Positions 1-12,960 of a stretch of 64,000 nt of DNA are shown in pieces. Source of the stretch: Octopus sinensis (lineage: Eukaryota). Each line of letters starts with the position of its first letter. Within the stretch, counting starts at the first letter, position 1. Below the pieces are notes generated by a model. The model did not search any database. It was not told the origin of the DNA and saw nothing but the letters and a program-made list of their open reading frames with translations. The DNA lies in the NCBI RefSeq assembly GCF_006345805.1, contig NC_043008.1:45942001-46006000 (forward strand). The letters run 5' to 3'. Both the position numbers and the translations under genes were made by a program.

Positions 1-1028
1 ATGTTCTATTAAAACTGTTTAAACACAGGAAGTATGATGTAAATACCGAACGAAAGTGTAAGCATTTCATAAAGTTGGTGTCTGATAAAGCACATTTCGA
101 AATGAAAACTAGATGATTGCTCCTAATCAATGAACCAATGAGTGTGTAGACTGAACGTGAGAACTCATAAAAAATTGCATTGACTGATCAACGGTTTGAT
201 CGAAAAAATTTGTTAGTTTCCGAGCCGAAAATAATCAATATTTCAATCAGAAGTAATCGACATAGAAGCTATACAATTACGTGATATAGAAATTCAGAAC
301 TGTAGAGCCAGTGACGTAATAACTAGAAGGAATGAAAATATTTCATTAAAAGCAAAGAAATGAGCACATCGTTTGCAATACATCAGTGAAAAACCTAGCC
401 GACTCTGTTTGAAACATTTAAAATTTAAGCAATGAATGTAAAACGTATGAATGAAAGCTTAGAGCATAAGGCTAAGGCATTATCGCATTGGTTGTTTGGT
501 TGTTTCCTAACGAATACATGTATGTGCAATCCTCCTTCTCAAATCCAATAACCCTTCGGTTTGTCTAAGTGTTATTAGTTGCATAAAGGAAAGGAAAATG
601 TGGAAGATGCTTGTAGACTACTTAGAGTTTTGTTGCATAAATACATGGAACTTAGTTCTAGAGAAACTAAAGCATATCTTCAGAATGGCGTTTGAATTAT
701 TTCTACTAAAGTTGGAGTAAATTATTACAGCTTATGTGACTTTAAGTCTTAAGCACACACATTTGTTACATCACAAACAATATCAAGATAAAGAAATGCA
801 AGTATATCATAATTTAAACAGAACTCAAGTTGCTATAGATTTGTAGACAAGTGTGCATACGCACACACTCTCTTACACACACACACATACGCATATATAT
901 ATATATATATCCTCCTTAAATCCTCCTCCTTTCTTTCCTTTCCTGAGTGTCCAATAACGTTATACTTGTTCCACGCCCTCGCGCTGTTGGTGTTTTCTCC
1001 TTGTGTTTTTCTTTAGATTAACGATATA

Positions 1029-1082
<54 letters not shown>

Positions 1083-1584
1083 ACATATAAATTCTTCAAT
1101 TACCCTTGTAAATTCCTTAAATTGGATGTAAAGGTAGTAACAAACTGAATTCTTGTAAATAAAAATCAATGGAAGGTATAAATGAAATAAATTCCCACAT
1201 GCGGTAAGAATGCAATCTGCAATCATACTAAGTTAGTCATGGAAGCCACATTACTGTTGGAAGTCATATTATGAAATATCAAATTTTAACGTGCAGATAA
1301 CACATCCTACGAATTCCTTTTTACAAGACAACTACAACTGGTTACTGAAAGAAAACGGATTCTTGAATAGGTAAAAGCGATTTTAAGTATCTCGACTACA
1401 CCAAAAACAAAAGCAGACACTGGATTATCTTAACTTGAAAATAATACTACGAAATCGTGTAAACACAACGCAGAGGGAATATATTTCAATCCAAGCCATT
1501 AACAAATACAATTACAAGTACAAACAAATAGTAGATATATAAAAAGATTTTAAAATAATATATATATATACATATGTGTATATA

Positions 1585-1746
1585 GGAGTGGCTGTATGGT
1601 AAGTAGCTTGTTTAAAACCATATGGTTCCAGGCTCCAGGTTCAGTCCCACTGCGTGGCACCTTGGGCAAGTGTCTTCTACTGTAGCCTCAGGCCGACCAA
1701 AGCCTCGTGAGAGGATTTGGTAGACAGAAACTGAAAGAAGCCCGTC

Positions 1747-1792
<46 letters not shown>

Positions 1793-2018
1793 GTGTATAC
1801 AATTGTGTGTCTGTGTTTTTCCCCCCACCATCGCTTGACAACCGATGCTGGTGTGTTTACGCCCCCGTAACTTAGCGGTTCGGCAAAAGAGACCGATAGA
1901 ATAAGTATTAAGCTAACAAAGAATAAGTCCTGGGGTTGATTTGCTCGACTAAAGGCGGTGCTCCAGCATGGCCACAGTGAAATGACTGAAAGAAGTAAAA
2001 GAGTAAAAGAGTAAAAGA
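1585..2018 (+). mobile_element. tRNA-derived SINE, family A (octopus-like), with internal (TA)n
   Basis: Head GGAGTGGCTGTATGGTAAG (A-box-like) and GGTTCAGTCCC (B-box-like); CORE-like CCTTGGGCAAGTGTCTT; 3' tail (GAGTAAAA)n at 1995-2018. Confidence 0.8.
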
Positions 2019-2175
2019 TCGCTTGGAGATACAAGACGTATTTTATAAATATACCTGTTACGAGTATCATAAAACCAAAGAACTACAAGTATGTCTTTCG
2101 GTTGAGTATTAAATTGATATTCATTTCTCACTGGATGGGGTAATTCATTTGTTCATTGAACCTCTATTGGATCTG

Positions 2176-2218
<43 letters not shown>

Positions 2219-2668
2219 TGATGGCTGCCCCCTCGTTATCGAGTATGGTCATTGTACCAAGCTTAACTGTTATTGGTGCTGTGATCGAATGTGACTTTTA
2301 TTTGCTTTTTAAGGCTACAGCCAGCCATTCAGTTGACACTCACAGCACTATCAACAATCATGAAAAATGTTGTTATCGTGCAATGCCTGTGCAAGATGAT
2401 TTTTTTTTAAGTGAGGAAAGGCTGTGCACTGAGTCAATCCCACTCACTAAGCATCAGCAGCCATAATCCGAAAAGAAGAACAAGTCAACATGATCGGTAA
2501 CCACTGAGTCGCAGGTTTTATGTCGGAGTTATCCCAGTTACCTGAGTTACCTTCTCCTAGAAGGATGCCCTAACAAATGCTAGGAGTCCTTCACTCCCAA
2601 TGGTTTAACCGCGCGATCGGATATTCAGTCCGATTATTTCTATGTTCTATATATATATATAATATATA

Positions 2669-2716
<48 letters not shown>

Positions 2717-2726
<10 letters not shown>

Positions 2727-2930
2727 ATAATAATATTAGGGAGTAAATCCAAACTTACAGGAAAAAATTAGATTTAGGATTAAATCCAATTTTACAGTAT
2801 AAATACAAATTTAATAAGAGATAAAACCACTATTAGGCAACTCAAACAGTGAAAATCATAAACCAAAACATAGAAATAAAAATTAATTAAAGCTAAAATT
2901 TAAAATTATTAATTTATATTTATAAATTTT

Positions 2931-3012
<82 letters not shown>

Positions 3013-3225
3013 ATAATAATATTAGGGAGTAAATCCAAACTTACAGGAAAAAATTAGATTTAGGATTAAATCCAATTTTACAGTATAAATACAAATTTAA
3101 TAAGAGATAAAACCACTATTAGGCAACTCAAACAGTGAAAATCATAAACCAAAACATAGAAATAAAAATAATTAAAGCTAAAATTTAAAATTATTAATTT
3201 ATATTTATAAATTTTTATATATATA
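2717..3225 (+). repeat. Direct tandem duplication of an AT-rich unit (period about 286 bp) bounded by (TA)n
   Basis: GAGTAAATCCAAACTTACAGG... starts at 2741 and again at 3027; units near-identical by eye. Confidence 0.9.
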
Positions 3226-3590
3226 TATATATATATAATATATATATATATATTTTTAATTTTATTTTTTTTTATTTATTTATTTATTTTTTTAATTAAA
3301 TATATATAACTATCAAAAGTATTAAAAAGTTAATATCAGATAAAAAAGTATCTTATATTAAACTTTTTAATACTTTTTGATAGTTATATATATTTAATTT
3401 AAATAAATAAATAAATAAATAAATAAAAAATAAAAATAAAAATGAAAACTAAAATTAAAACATATATATATATAAATTTATTAAAATAAATTAATGATTT
3501 TAAATTTTTTAACTTAAATTAATTTTATTTCTATGTTTTGGTTTATATTTTTCACTGTTTTTCACTGCCTAATAGTGGTTTTATGTCTAA
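3101..3590. repeat. Imperfect AT-rich foldback (nested inverted repeats)
   Basis: 3101-3200 is the approximate reverse complement of 3490-3590 (ATAAAACCACTATTAGGCA...AACCAAAACATAGAAAT); inner arms TATAACTATCAAAAGTATTAAAAAGTT / AACTTTTTAATACTTTTTGATAGTTATA surround ~3345. Confidence 0.8.
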
Positions 3591-5091
3591 TTTAATTTAT
3601 ATATATACATATATATATACATATATATGCATATCTGAGATTATTAGAATTTACTGTGAGCGTCAAACAAAATTGCCTCTTCGAAGTTGACCATTTTCCA
3701 TGTAAAATATACGAAAGAAAAGAAAGAATCACAAGCATTTTGAGATAAAGTGATGGGTGTATTTTTAGGGTTTGGCAAATTTTTAAGTTGTAGGTTTTTC
3801 TGCAAATACTCGCTGCTTCAGTTGATGCAGGAAAAATCAATTTTAGTAAAAGCCAGGCTATCGACGTAAGTCGACCGTGTGGGTGTGAGTATATAGCTGT
3901 CGAAATCCAATGAATTATGGATAAAGTGTACCATTTTGTAACACTAGAGCGAAGTTACAGTTACCAAAACAGCTAATCTAAACTTGCAGCGATTTTACTT
4001 TTCGACGTGGGTGGTCATGTCACTAGGATTGCTATGGCATCCATAGAAGAACGCACTAGCATATGATATTTAAACTTTATTCCCTATAAGCAGCTCCACA
4101 CATTTTTATCTATAACACTACTTCATAGAAATGGAGAAATTGTGTAGTGCACCATTTGGTCTAATTCCTCAAATTCCATTGTCTCAATATTGTTAGCTCT
4201 TCAGATCCCAATACATTCCAACTACCCACCGCATGCATTCATCTTCCCTTGTTCCCATCTATTGTAGGCCTTGTACCAACATCGACCCGTCATCTCTGCG
4301 GTTAGATCGAACGAACAAGCAATATTTTTAACGCTTATTTCCAAAGATATTCTGCCATGTATAAAACTTTCCGCTCTTTCGTTTGGCTGCTGCCTTGCGA
4401 CACAACTGTACGCTCTTAAATAACTAACACGACTTTCATTTATAGATCGAAAACACACACTCACACACGCATACGCACATACACATTTATAAATCTGAGC
4501 GTGCCTTTGTGTTGCTTTTTATATCCTTAGATAAGTACACATACATGCGTCTAAATCATACTTTTGTGAATTGGTGTAAATGCCGAATGGTTTATGTACA
4601 TAAGTGCGTGTGTGCGTGAACATATGGATGTGTGTGTATGTGTGTGTGTGTGTGTGAGTGCGTGTGCATGCATGCACGCGTGTGTGTGTTTGTGGTTTCC
4701 TGAGCAGTGAATGGTTATGGAAACTATCCCGAAAGCAAGTTATTTTAATTATAAAGAAAACACAAATCAATACTTCTCATTGTATAAAACAATATTTATG
4801 ATCATGGAGTTAAAATAGACATGATTGATTACTTTCAGCTTTTGTCTGAAATTTGTGAATATTCATTAAACATCTATATTTGAAGGACATAACTTACATG
4901 ATATTTTTCTTGCGAAAAGACAAAGAAAGTTTTTTCTCACAAAGTGAAAGCAGTTATTGCCAATTCACTACACGCAAGTATATTTGTCTGTCGCTGTGAT
5001 CTGTTTATATATTGCATCAGAACAACATGTTTTCTAAGCTGTATTTATAATACGGTTGCTACCGACACTTGCCAACCTCTAGCCACTCCTT

Positions 5092-8048
5092 GTGAATAAT
5101 GTCTGTATTGACGACGCGGTAGCAAGAATGACCACCAAATTCAAAGGCGATGACGAACAAAAGCTCGAAAACCTGGCTAATACAATCTACCAGGAGGGAG
5201 AGAAAAGATTTGGACTGGAAACAACAGGGAAGGTAGACTCAATGGCAAAGAGCGAACCACCGAGGAGAGAAAGACGGATCGCAAAGATTCGAGAATTGAA
5301 GAAAAAACTCAGAACCAGATGGAGGGATGCGAAGGGGGATGAAAGAGAAGGGTTAAAGCAGCTATATGAAGAGATAAAAAAGATGCATCGAGATCTGCTA
5401 AGAAAACAAAGAAGGAGGAGCAGAAGAAAGGAGAGAGGAAAAAAACTATCGTGGCTTTGTGAACAATCCCTATCAATATGCGAAACATTTACTGAAAGTA
5501 AAAGCGGAATATTGGATTGCACGAAAGAAGAGCTCGAACAACATCTGAAAGAGACATACAGCGACTCTGACAGAAATGAAGTACTCCCAGAAATGCACGG
5601 ACTGAAGAAACCACCTGAACCAAGAGTACCATTTGATTTGAGCGACATCAAACGGAAAGAAATGGATGTGTTCATAAGGAAAGCAAGAGCAAAAAGTGCA
5701 CCAGGGAACGATGGAGTGAGCTACAAGGTATACTAATATTGCCTGAAATTACGATTGCAGCTGTTTACACTGATAAGAGAAATGTGGAAGAAGATAAATG
5801 TAGCGGAGCGATGGTGTATAGCCGAAGGTATCTTTCTACCTAAAGAAAAAGAGGCAAAAACACTAGGCCAATTTAGACCGGTTTCACTACTAAATACAGA
5901 CGGGAAAATCATGTTCAGAATACTTGCTAGACTAATCATAAGATTCGTACAGCATAACGGATACGTTAATGAAGCGATTCAAAAAGCAGGAATCCCCGGA
6001 ATCCCGGAATCCATAGAACACGCATTTTCCATCTGGGAAGCCATCACCTGTGCAAAACAAATGAAGAAAAACTATTATATTGTTTGGCTAGATCTTGCCA
6101 ATGCTTATGGATCTGTTCTGCACGCAATAATAAAAACAGCGATGGACTTCTTTTAGATTCCAAAAGATGTTCAACGAATGCTCATGTCGTACTACGACAA
6201 CCTGAGGATGAGATTTACAGCAGGAAAGTTCACAACGGAGTGGCAACGGCTTGAAACAGGTATTGCAGCCGGATGCACTATATCAGTCATCTTATTCGTG
6301 CTAGTCATAGAAATGCTACTCAGATCTACAAACTGTGAGATGGCTGCTACATTAAGGGCTTTTATGGACGACGTAACTATATTATCGGAAATTAGAGAAG
6401 CAGCAGAGGGAACGTTAGAGCGATTGGACGAACTGATAGGATGGGCAAGGATGAAATTCAAAGCCAAAAAATCTCGAAGCGTGGCTTTCGTGAAAGGAAG
6501 GTAAGAAGAAGTGAAATTCAGGATAGGAAGTGAAGACATACCAACGGTGAAAGAAAAACCAGTAAAGAGTCTCGGCAGATGGTATAGAGATTTATTAAAT
6601 GATAAGAAGCAAGGGAAAGAAACACACGAGTTAGTAGAACAAGGATTAAAAGCAATTGACAGAACAACGCTGCCGGGAAAATTCAAACGCTGGATACTGC
6701 AATTTGGGCTGTACCCAAAAATAATGTGGCCATTGCAAATGTTCGAAATAGCCTCGAGTAGAGAAGAAAGGATGGAGCAAAGATGCAGTGAGTTTATAAG
6801 AAAATGGTTTGGCCTGCCGAAACCACTGAATACAACTGCACCATATGGAAAACCCGTGCTGCAACTACCAATAACATCAATCACCGAAGGATATAAGGCA
6901 GGAAAGGCAAGGACAGTAATGATGCTAAGGTATTCAAAAGATCAGAGCATCCGGGAACACCCTCCAAAGTTACGAACAGGGAGGAAATGGAAGGCGGAAG
7001 CGGCAGTAAACAGGGCGATCGGAAAACTAAAGCACGCAGATATAGTCGGAGCGACGCAAGAAGCTAGAACCGGCCTAGGGTCGCAAAATTTCAGGCCATT
7101 TTGCAAGAGCAGTGTAAAAGAGATGAAAGAGGCAGTGGTACACGAAGTGAGAAAGGAGGAAGAAGAAAGGCGAAATGTACATTTGGTGCAATGCAGTCAA
7201 CAGGGACAGTGCATGAGATGGGAGGAATATGTGATCAACCGCAGAATATCATGGAAGGAACTTTGGGCTGGGAACAAGCAAGAACATCCTTCCTGGTCAA
7301 GTCTACCTTCGACGTTCTACCCTCACCGTTGAACTTAGTCCGGTGGAACATAAACAAAACCGATGAGTGTAGATGCGGAGTGAAAGCGACGGTTAGAGAT
7401 GTTCTTTCAAGTTGCAGACTAGTACTTGAAAGATATACATGGCGGCATAATCAAGTCCTCGGTGTCATAAGCACAGCACTCAAGGATAAGATCGAGAGGT
7501 ACAATAGGGGAGAGTACCCAAAAGTAGAAAAGCGCAGGAAAGTATACTTTCACAAGGAGGGAAAAGGTTATAAAACCAGGCCTACAAGTAAAGTATACGA
7601 GATGGACGAAAGGTGGAAGGGATACTGGGAGGTGGCCACGGACTTGGAAAGACAAGTAGTATTTCCACTAATAAAAACAACAAAAAGACCGGATTTAGTT
7701 CTTTGGAACAGAGACCGGAGAATGGGAATTTTACTAGAACTGACAGTACTTTGGGAAGAGAACATCGGCAATGCAGAGGAACGATAGGAGAAGAGGTATG
7801 AAAAGCTAATCGAAGAATGCAGAGAACAGGGATGGAATGTCGAATATTATCACCTGGCAGTGGGGGCTAGAGGCTTCATTGAAAAGAAAATGACAACGCT
7901 TTTCAAAAGATTTGTTTTTTCTAGCCCCGAGCTGCGTAAACTAATAAGGAGAGTACAGGAGGTGGTCGAAAAAGCCAGCTTCTATATATGGCTGAAGCGA
8001 AAAGACCGGAAATGGCTTGAAAGTCATAAACACGCCGACGTGAATTAA
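5092..8048 (+). pseudogene. Hero-like (R2 superfamily, RLE-type) non-LTR retrotransposon ORF: RT, degenerate zinc knuckle and restriction-like endonuclease; 5'-truncated and inactivated
   Basis: ORFs 5092, 5755, 6178 and 6511 are in one frame, separated by single stops (5734, 6154, 6502). A 1-nt frameshift near 7270 leads into the 7101/7860 frame, which has one more stop at 7785. Motifs: SAPGNDG, FRPVSLLN, WLDLANAYGSV, GIAAGCTIS, FMDD, KPVKSLG, CRCG..TVRDVLSSC (His replaced by Asp), RYTWRHNQVL, RPDLV..LELTV.WEE. Hero assignment is from motif style (ELTVxWEE, GKFKxWxLQFG). Confidence 0.85.
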
Positions 8049-8367
8049 CATCATTAGGTGAGACAAGCTGACTGAATCAGCTTCGCTGACTGACAGGTGA
8101 CGGTCGTTTAGAAAAAGTGCGGCCTAAAACTACGCGCCTTCACTAATCAGTTAAGGTGAGACAGTGTCACGTTACAACTTGTTGCGGCTGGCTGCTGGAG
8201 CCTTTCGGCAGGTATTTAAAGGGAGAAATTTGACAAGACAGTCAGTCACCGGCTGACACTCGCTGACGATACATCGAAGAGACCAGGGAAAAGAAGAAAG
8301 AAGAAGAAAGAAGACATGCACCCAACACCAGAGCTGAAGACACCTCCGAAAGGGGGCCCCGCCACGT

Positions 8368-8482
8368 CAACACTGTAGAGGAGTAGGGGCCGAAACCGGA
8401 CGTGGTTCCTCCTGATGATGTCTTGAGCTAACTGGATCCTATAAAGGAGCTGTTGTGGTAGCAGACCACGAAACAGGGGTTG
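8368..8482 (+). ncRNA. Candidate type III hammerhead-like ribozyme downstream of the Hero ORF (lacks G10.1)
   Basis: CTGT-A (8373-8377) pairs with GAA-ACAG (8470-8476), extended by CAAC/GTTG. Stem I GAGGAG (8378-8383)/TTCCTC (8406-8411) is immediately followed by CTGATGA (8412-8418). Stem II is imperfect. Confidence 0.45.
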
Positions 8483-9159
8483 TAATTCCTCCTAGACATA
8501 GAATGAATTCAACAATATAGAGGTAACAATGGTTCGACTTGTTGCCGGCACCTTTTCTTTTCTTGTTTATTGCAAAGAGACTAATTGTTACTGCAAGTAA
8601 TAGCATCATGATGCAGAATGAGTCCCTCAAACAATTTGCCCTTTAAACAATTCAATATTTCTGTAATTTGCTTGTTACCGCTCATCGCGCTATGCTTGTT
8701 ACGAGAGTTTGCTGGTCATGAGGAATCCACATGTATTTCTTGTTTTTGCTAACATTAAGGGTGGGGTGCTGGAAGTAAACTCGTCCTTAAAAAGCTTTTA
8801 TAACAATTTTATAACAAGCTTCTGCCGTGGATTATATCGTATAACGTTTCTGAAAGTAATTTCAGCACAATTATTTGGTGCGTACTTGATTCCCTTGTGA
8901 AAAGTGATGGTTCCCAGCTGTAATATCCCGCGGTGCTGGTTAAAATGCCTTCATGGTTTCCCTGTTTTGTTTTCTCATTCTCTGTATGCTTTTGTCTTTT
9001 TTCTTCCATTGAAGCATTAACGCCTAGAGCGTTTAAGCGCATTCTTCTTCCAGTAACGTGTTAAGCTAATATCAATTGTAAAATATTCTTTCTGCTATGA
9101 GAGTACTTTGTTATTAAAACTATTTATTATTGCTTTAACACTACACACACACACGCAAG

Positions 9160-9214
<55 letters not shown>

Positions 9215-9559
9215 TCTCTATCTATCTCTTTCTCCGTTGTGGAGTAAACTGACACCCTACTACGTGACTGTCAATGGACTGGACGTGTCTTACAAATAGA
9301 CGAGCTAATCGTCAGTTGACGTCGAACTGTGAGTGCATTAGGTTCGTTCTTGATCTTGAGTTTGCGTATGGGATTGTTATGTGAACCGTTGTAATAAGAT
9401 AATCAGCTCTCGTTACATTACTTATTGTTATATGGTTATATTGAGTCAAGTGAGATATTGTTAATACACACATATATCATATATTGTGACACAATTCACT
9501 GTGCCAAATATTTGGAACATTTCAGAGTGCTTGGGAATCAATCTGAGGACATAAGAGAG

Positions 9560-9873
9560 GCACAGTGCAGAGGATTTGGAAAGAGTTGGAAGAGTCTAAT
9601 GGTGATTACGAAGGTAGGGCATCTGGGAAAACTCACTCTGATCCTTATGACAAGAAAAGGATTCATGAATTTGTTGATGAGATCCAGGCCATGATTGACC
9701 ACGATCTCTCCAAGTCAATCAGGCCCTTCGCCAGGGACATGGGAGTGGCTGAGTTTCTTATCAGTCAGATAATGCATGAAGAGATTCTGTATTCCTCATA
9801 CAAGATTAGAAAGGGCCAATTTTTTATTCCAAGCCATCAAAGAAAAGAGAAAAGTCTGCGCTACAAAGCTTAA
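9560..9873 (+). mobile_element. Tc1/mariner (maT/DD37D-like) transposase N-terminal HTH fragment
   Basis: QRIWKELEESNGDYEG...KSIRPFARDMGVAEFLISQIMHEEILYSSYKIRKGQF resembles the second HTH and Y..RKG.FL of maT-type transposases; no catalytic domain. Confidence 0.65.
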
Positions 9874-9944
9874 TCCGTTTGTGTGTCCTTGTTTGTCCCC
9901 TCTGTGTTTAGCCCCTTGTGGGTAATAAAGAAATAGGTTATTCT

Positions 9945-11050
9945 TTCAGTGTCCTAGATACATCAACATGTCTCATCGGTAGATAGTGCCGTGATGACAT
10001 TTTCGGACAACTGCTTATGATGTGGCTGATATCTTCAGAGTTAACTCCACAAAGTCTGCATCGGTTGTCACATTGCTTTTGCTGCACTTCTGTCCCTTTT
10101 CTGCATCAAGTATTTGGTTGATATTTCCTGTTCCTCGATTGCAAACGCATACTCTTCAAATTGGGAGGTAGTAATCTGGTTGTTGGTCCATGATAGACTG
10201 CTTTGATGATCGATGTTACTATCACCTCGGACCTTTCTAGTAACATATCCATGCATAATCTTCTGCTCATATATCCTCATCCTTTCATCTGATGATACGT
10301 TGCGGTAGATCCGTGCGACTTATTTGCACATGTATTGAAGGTTGTCAGACAAGGAATGCTGCTCAAGGAGCTGCTTTCCATGTCTTATGATGTTATCAGC
10401 CTCATGCATGGCAACTTGGTCAAAGGATGCACTTTGACACTTGGTGGTTAAAAGATGTTGCTGAAGGGATATGTTACGGCGTTCAAAGGCATTTCGAATC
10501 GATGAAAAAAGCCTCTTCTGCTTTATTTTCATTTTATTGAGAGGCGATCTACATCACCGTTGTTATGGATATTACGTGTGCTTGTTAGTATCTTTCGGGT
10601 TTTCAAATCAATAGCTCGTTGGTATGAGTACTGACACTGCAAACAGATTATAGACCACTGTTTTATTGAAAGCAGACGGTTTCGCGGTGTAGATATTCTT
10701 TATTCAGATGTAATATCCCTTAGTGACACGCCTTTTGTTATAGGTGACATTGTAAGATAAGTTTTCATCCACACTTAGGCACCTGCAGCATTTCTCATCT
10801 GATTTCAGGGAAACAGTCAAGTCATTGATGAAGATGTTGCCAATCTGGTTTACAATCTTCCCTCTTTTCACACCCATATAACAACATTTATTCTGAGCAA
10901 ACTCCAACCCTAGGTCCTTTGAGAATGTTGCAACCAGGTCAAGGCTCGTTTACATTTCGTGCATATTCTCAGCTTATAGTTTCAAGTCATCTACAAAGAA
11001 AGAGTGCGTCATTTTGGTATTTCTGTTTCCTCGAGATCCAGTGAGATATC
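9945..11050 (-). mobile_element. Degraded R4/Dong-like RLE LINE fragment (RT C-half to CCHC)
   Basis: Minus strand gives THSFFVDDLKL, GLEFAQNKC, MHGY...FAIEEQEISTKY and CRLCGVNSEDISHIISSC...RH, with several stops. Confidence 0.75.
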
Positions 11051-11149
11051 CTTCAGAATTCCTTAACATAAATGTCTAGATATGCAAGTATATGCATGAG
11101 AAGACATACATTAAACAAAACATAAAAATCTACACACACACATATATAC

Positions 11150-11362
11150 ATACATACATATATATATATATATAAAGAACAATAAATCCACTCATCCATC
11201 CATCCATCCATCCATCCATACATACATACATACATACATACATACATACAGACATGCATGCATGCATACATACATACATACATACATACGTACATACATA
11301 CACACATACATACATACATACATACATACATACATACATACAAACATTCATACATACATACA
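11150..11362. repeat. Compound (TA)(TCCA)(TACA)n microsatellite
   Basis: Directly visible; explains the MYVC/HTYI ORFs. Confidence 0.95.
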
Positions 11363-12762
11363 TAGAAAAATACCTTGTCGTTGATGTAGCAATTCCAACG
11401 AAGGTGCTGTGGATCTCGGTTAGCAAACACCTCTTTCTCTATTGAGGAGAAATCTTGACTTGAAACCGAATAATGAGACATCAATATATAAATAAACACA
11501 CATATGTATTATGTATATATGTATGTATGTAGCTATGTATGTATTGATGTGTATCCAAATAGATATATTTTCATTTATACACACACACACACACATGTAT
11601 GTGTGTGTGTGTGTATCGGTGTGTGCGTGTTTATTAACGCATGTGTATATGCATCTGTTTGCCTGCAGTAACTATAATAATAGACCGATAAATCAATAAC
11701 GTTATAAAATCTTTCGAAATTCCAGTGCATATGCCAAAATCTTCCTTATTTTTCTTGCAGTCAGATTTTATCGATTGGAATTGTAACATATCACTTCTAC
11801 TCACTTCATTCTTGCTTTAAATTATGTATTTGCCAAAATTGTCTAAATTAAATGTGCTTCAGGACAATTCCACTTTCCTCTCTCCAAACAGTTTTACTTT
11901 CTAGATATTTTATTAAATATTAAAAATTAAGTATATTCTAAGAAAGCCCCAAACTCTGGTGGTAGGTTTAATTTTGATCGAACAGGAAGATATGTCTTTC
12001 AGACCAAACTCTTTGGCTCACTCTCAAATGTGAGTAAATGCAAATGTGAAACAAAACAAATGAAAATAGAATATTCAGTGAAAATTGTTTCTCGATCACG
12101 AAACCGTATTTCATTGTGTGTGCTTCGTTAATACACTGATTGATTTTTCAGTATAGAAAGAAGAAAAGTATATTGGTTATCTGCCAAAATATATCAACAT
12201 TACTCTGGCAACCTTCTGATAGAGTTTTAACTAAAATTCCTCCAAGGTGAAACTTTTACCAAATAGTAGGCATTGTTAACGATATACACTCAATCTGTAT
12301 CAATTCCATATAGTCTCTATCCGTTGGTCTAAATTTAATAATGATCTTATTTTGTTTCACATGTTTAGTTAATGCTTTGTTAAAACGAGCTATAGTTATA
12401 ACAATATTCTCCTTTTTACATTTAACACAGATAAAAACAAAAACAAAAGCGGTAGCCATATTACACGTGTATCGTGATTTCATTGTCACTAGATGCGGAT
12501 GTTAGTAGTAATACTATGAAAACGAGATATCTGAAGGAGATTTATAACGTTATTCCTGGGCATTGAAAGGGCCATTTGTGAAACGGGGTTGGACTGATAT
12601 AGCTATGCATGTTTGCCTATATATCTCTTTTTGTGTGTGCGTGTTTGTGGAGTATGTGTATGGTAATATGGTCCTGTCCCCTTGTGCGTGCGTGTGTGTT
12701 TGTGCATGTGAGTGTCTGTTCAAAATACTTATGTACCTACCTTCCTAAATACACACTTATCC

Positions 12763-12769
<7 letters not shown>

Positions 12770-12824
<55 letters not shown>

Positions 12825-12960
12825 ATATCGATCTATCTTTCTACCTACCTACCTACCTACCTACCTACCTACCTACCTACCTACCTACCTACCTACCTAC
12901 CTACCTACCTACCTACCTACTTACCTACTTACCTACCTACTTACTTACCTATCGATCTAT
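12770..12960. repeat. Compound (TATC)n-(CTAC)n microsatellite
   Basis: Directly visible. Confidence 0.95.

Noticed and set aside
8352-8408. HDV-like double pseudoknot (GGCCCC/GGGGCC, GCCACGTC/GACGTGGT, ACT/AGT)
   Set aside because: Helix order fits, but L3 (GTAGAGG) lacks the U-C/P1.1 pattern and there is no proper P4 or J4/2 catalytic C. Twister and pistol patterns also fail.
11363-11445. VVDVAIP, an RLE-like motif on the plus strand
   Set aside because: Seven residues without flanking PD or K motifs.
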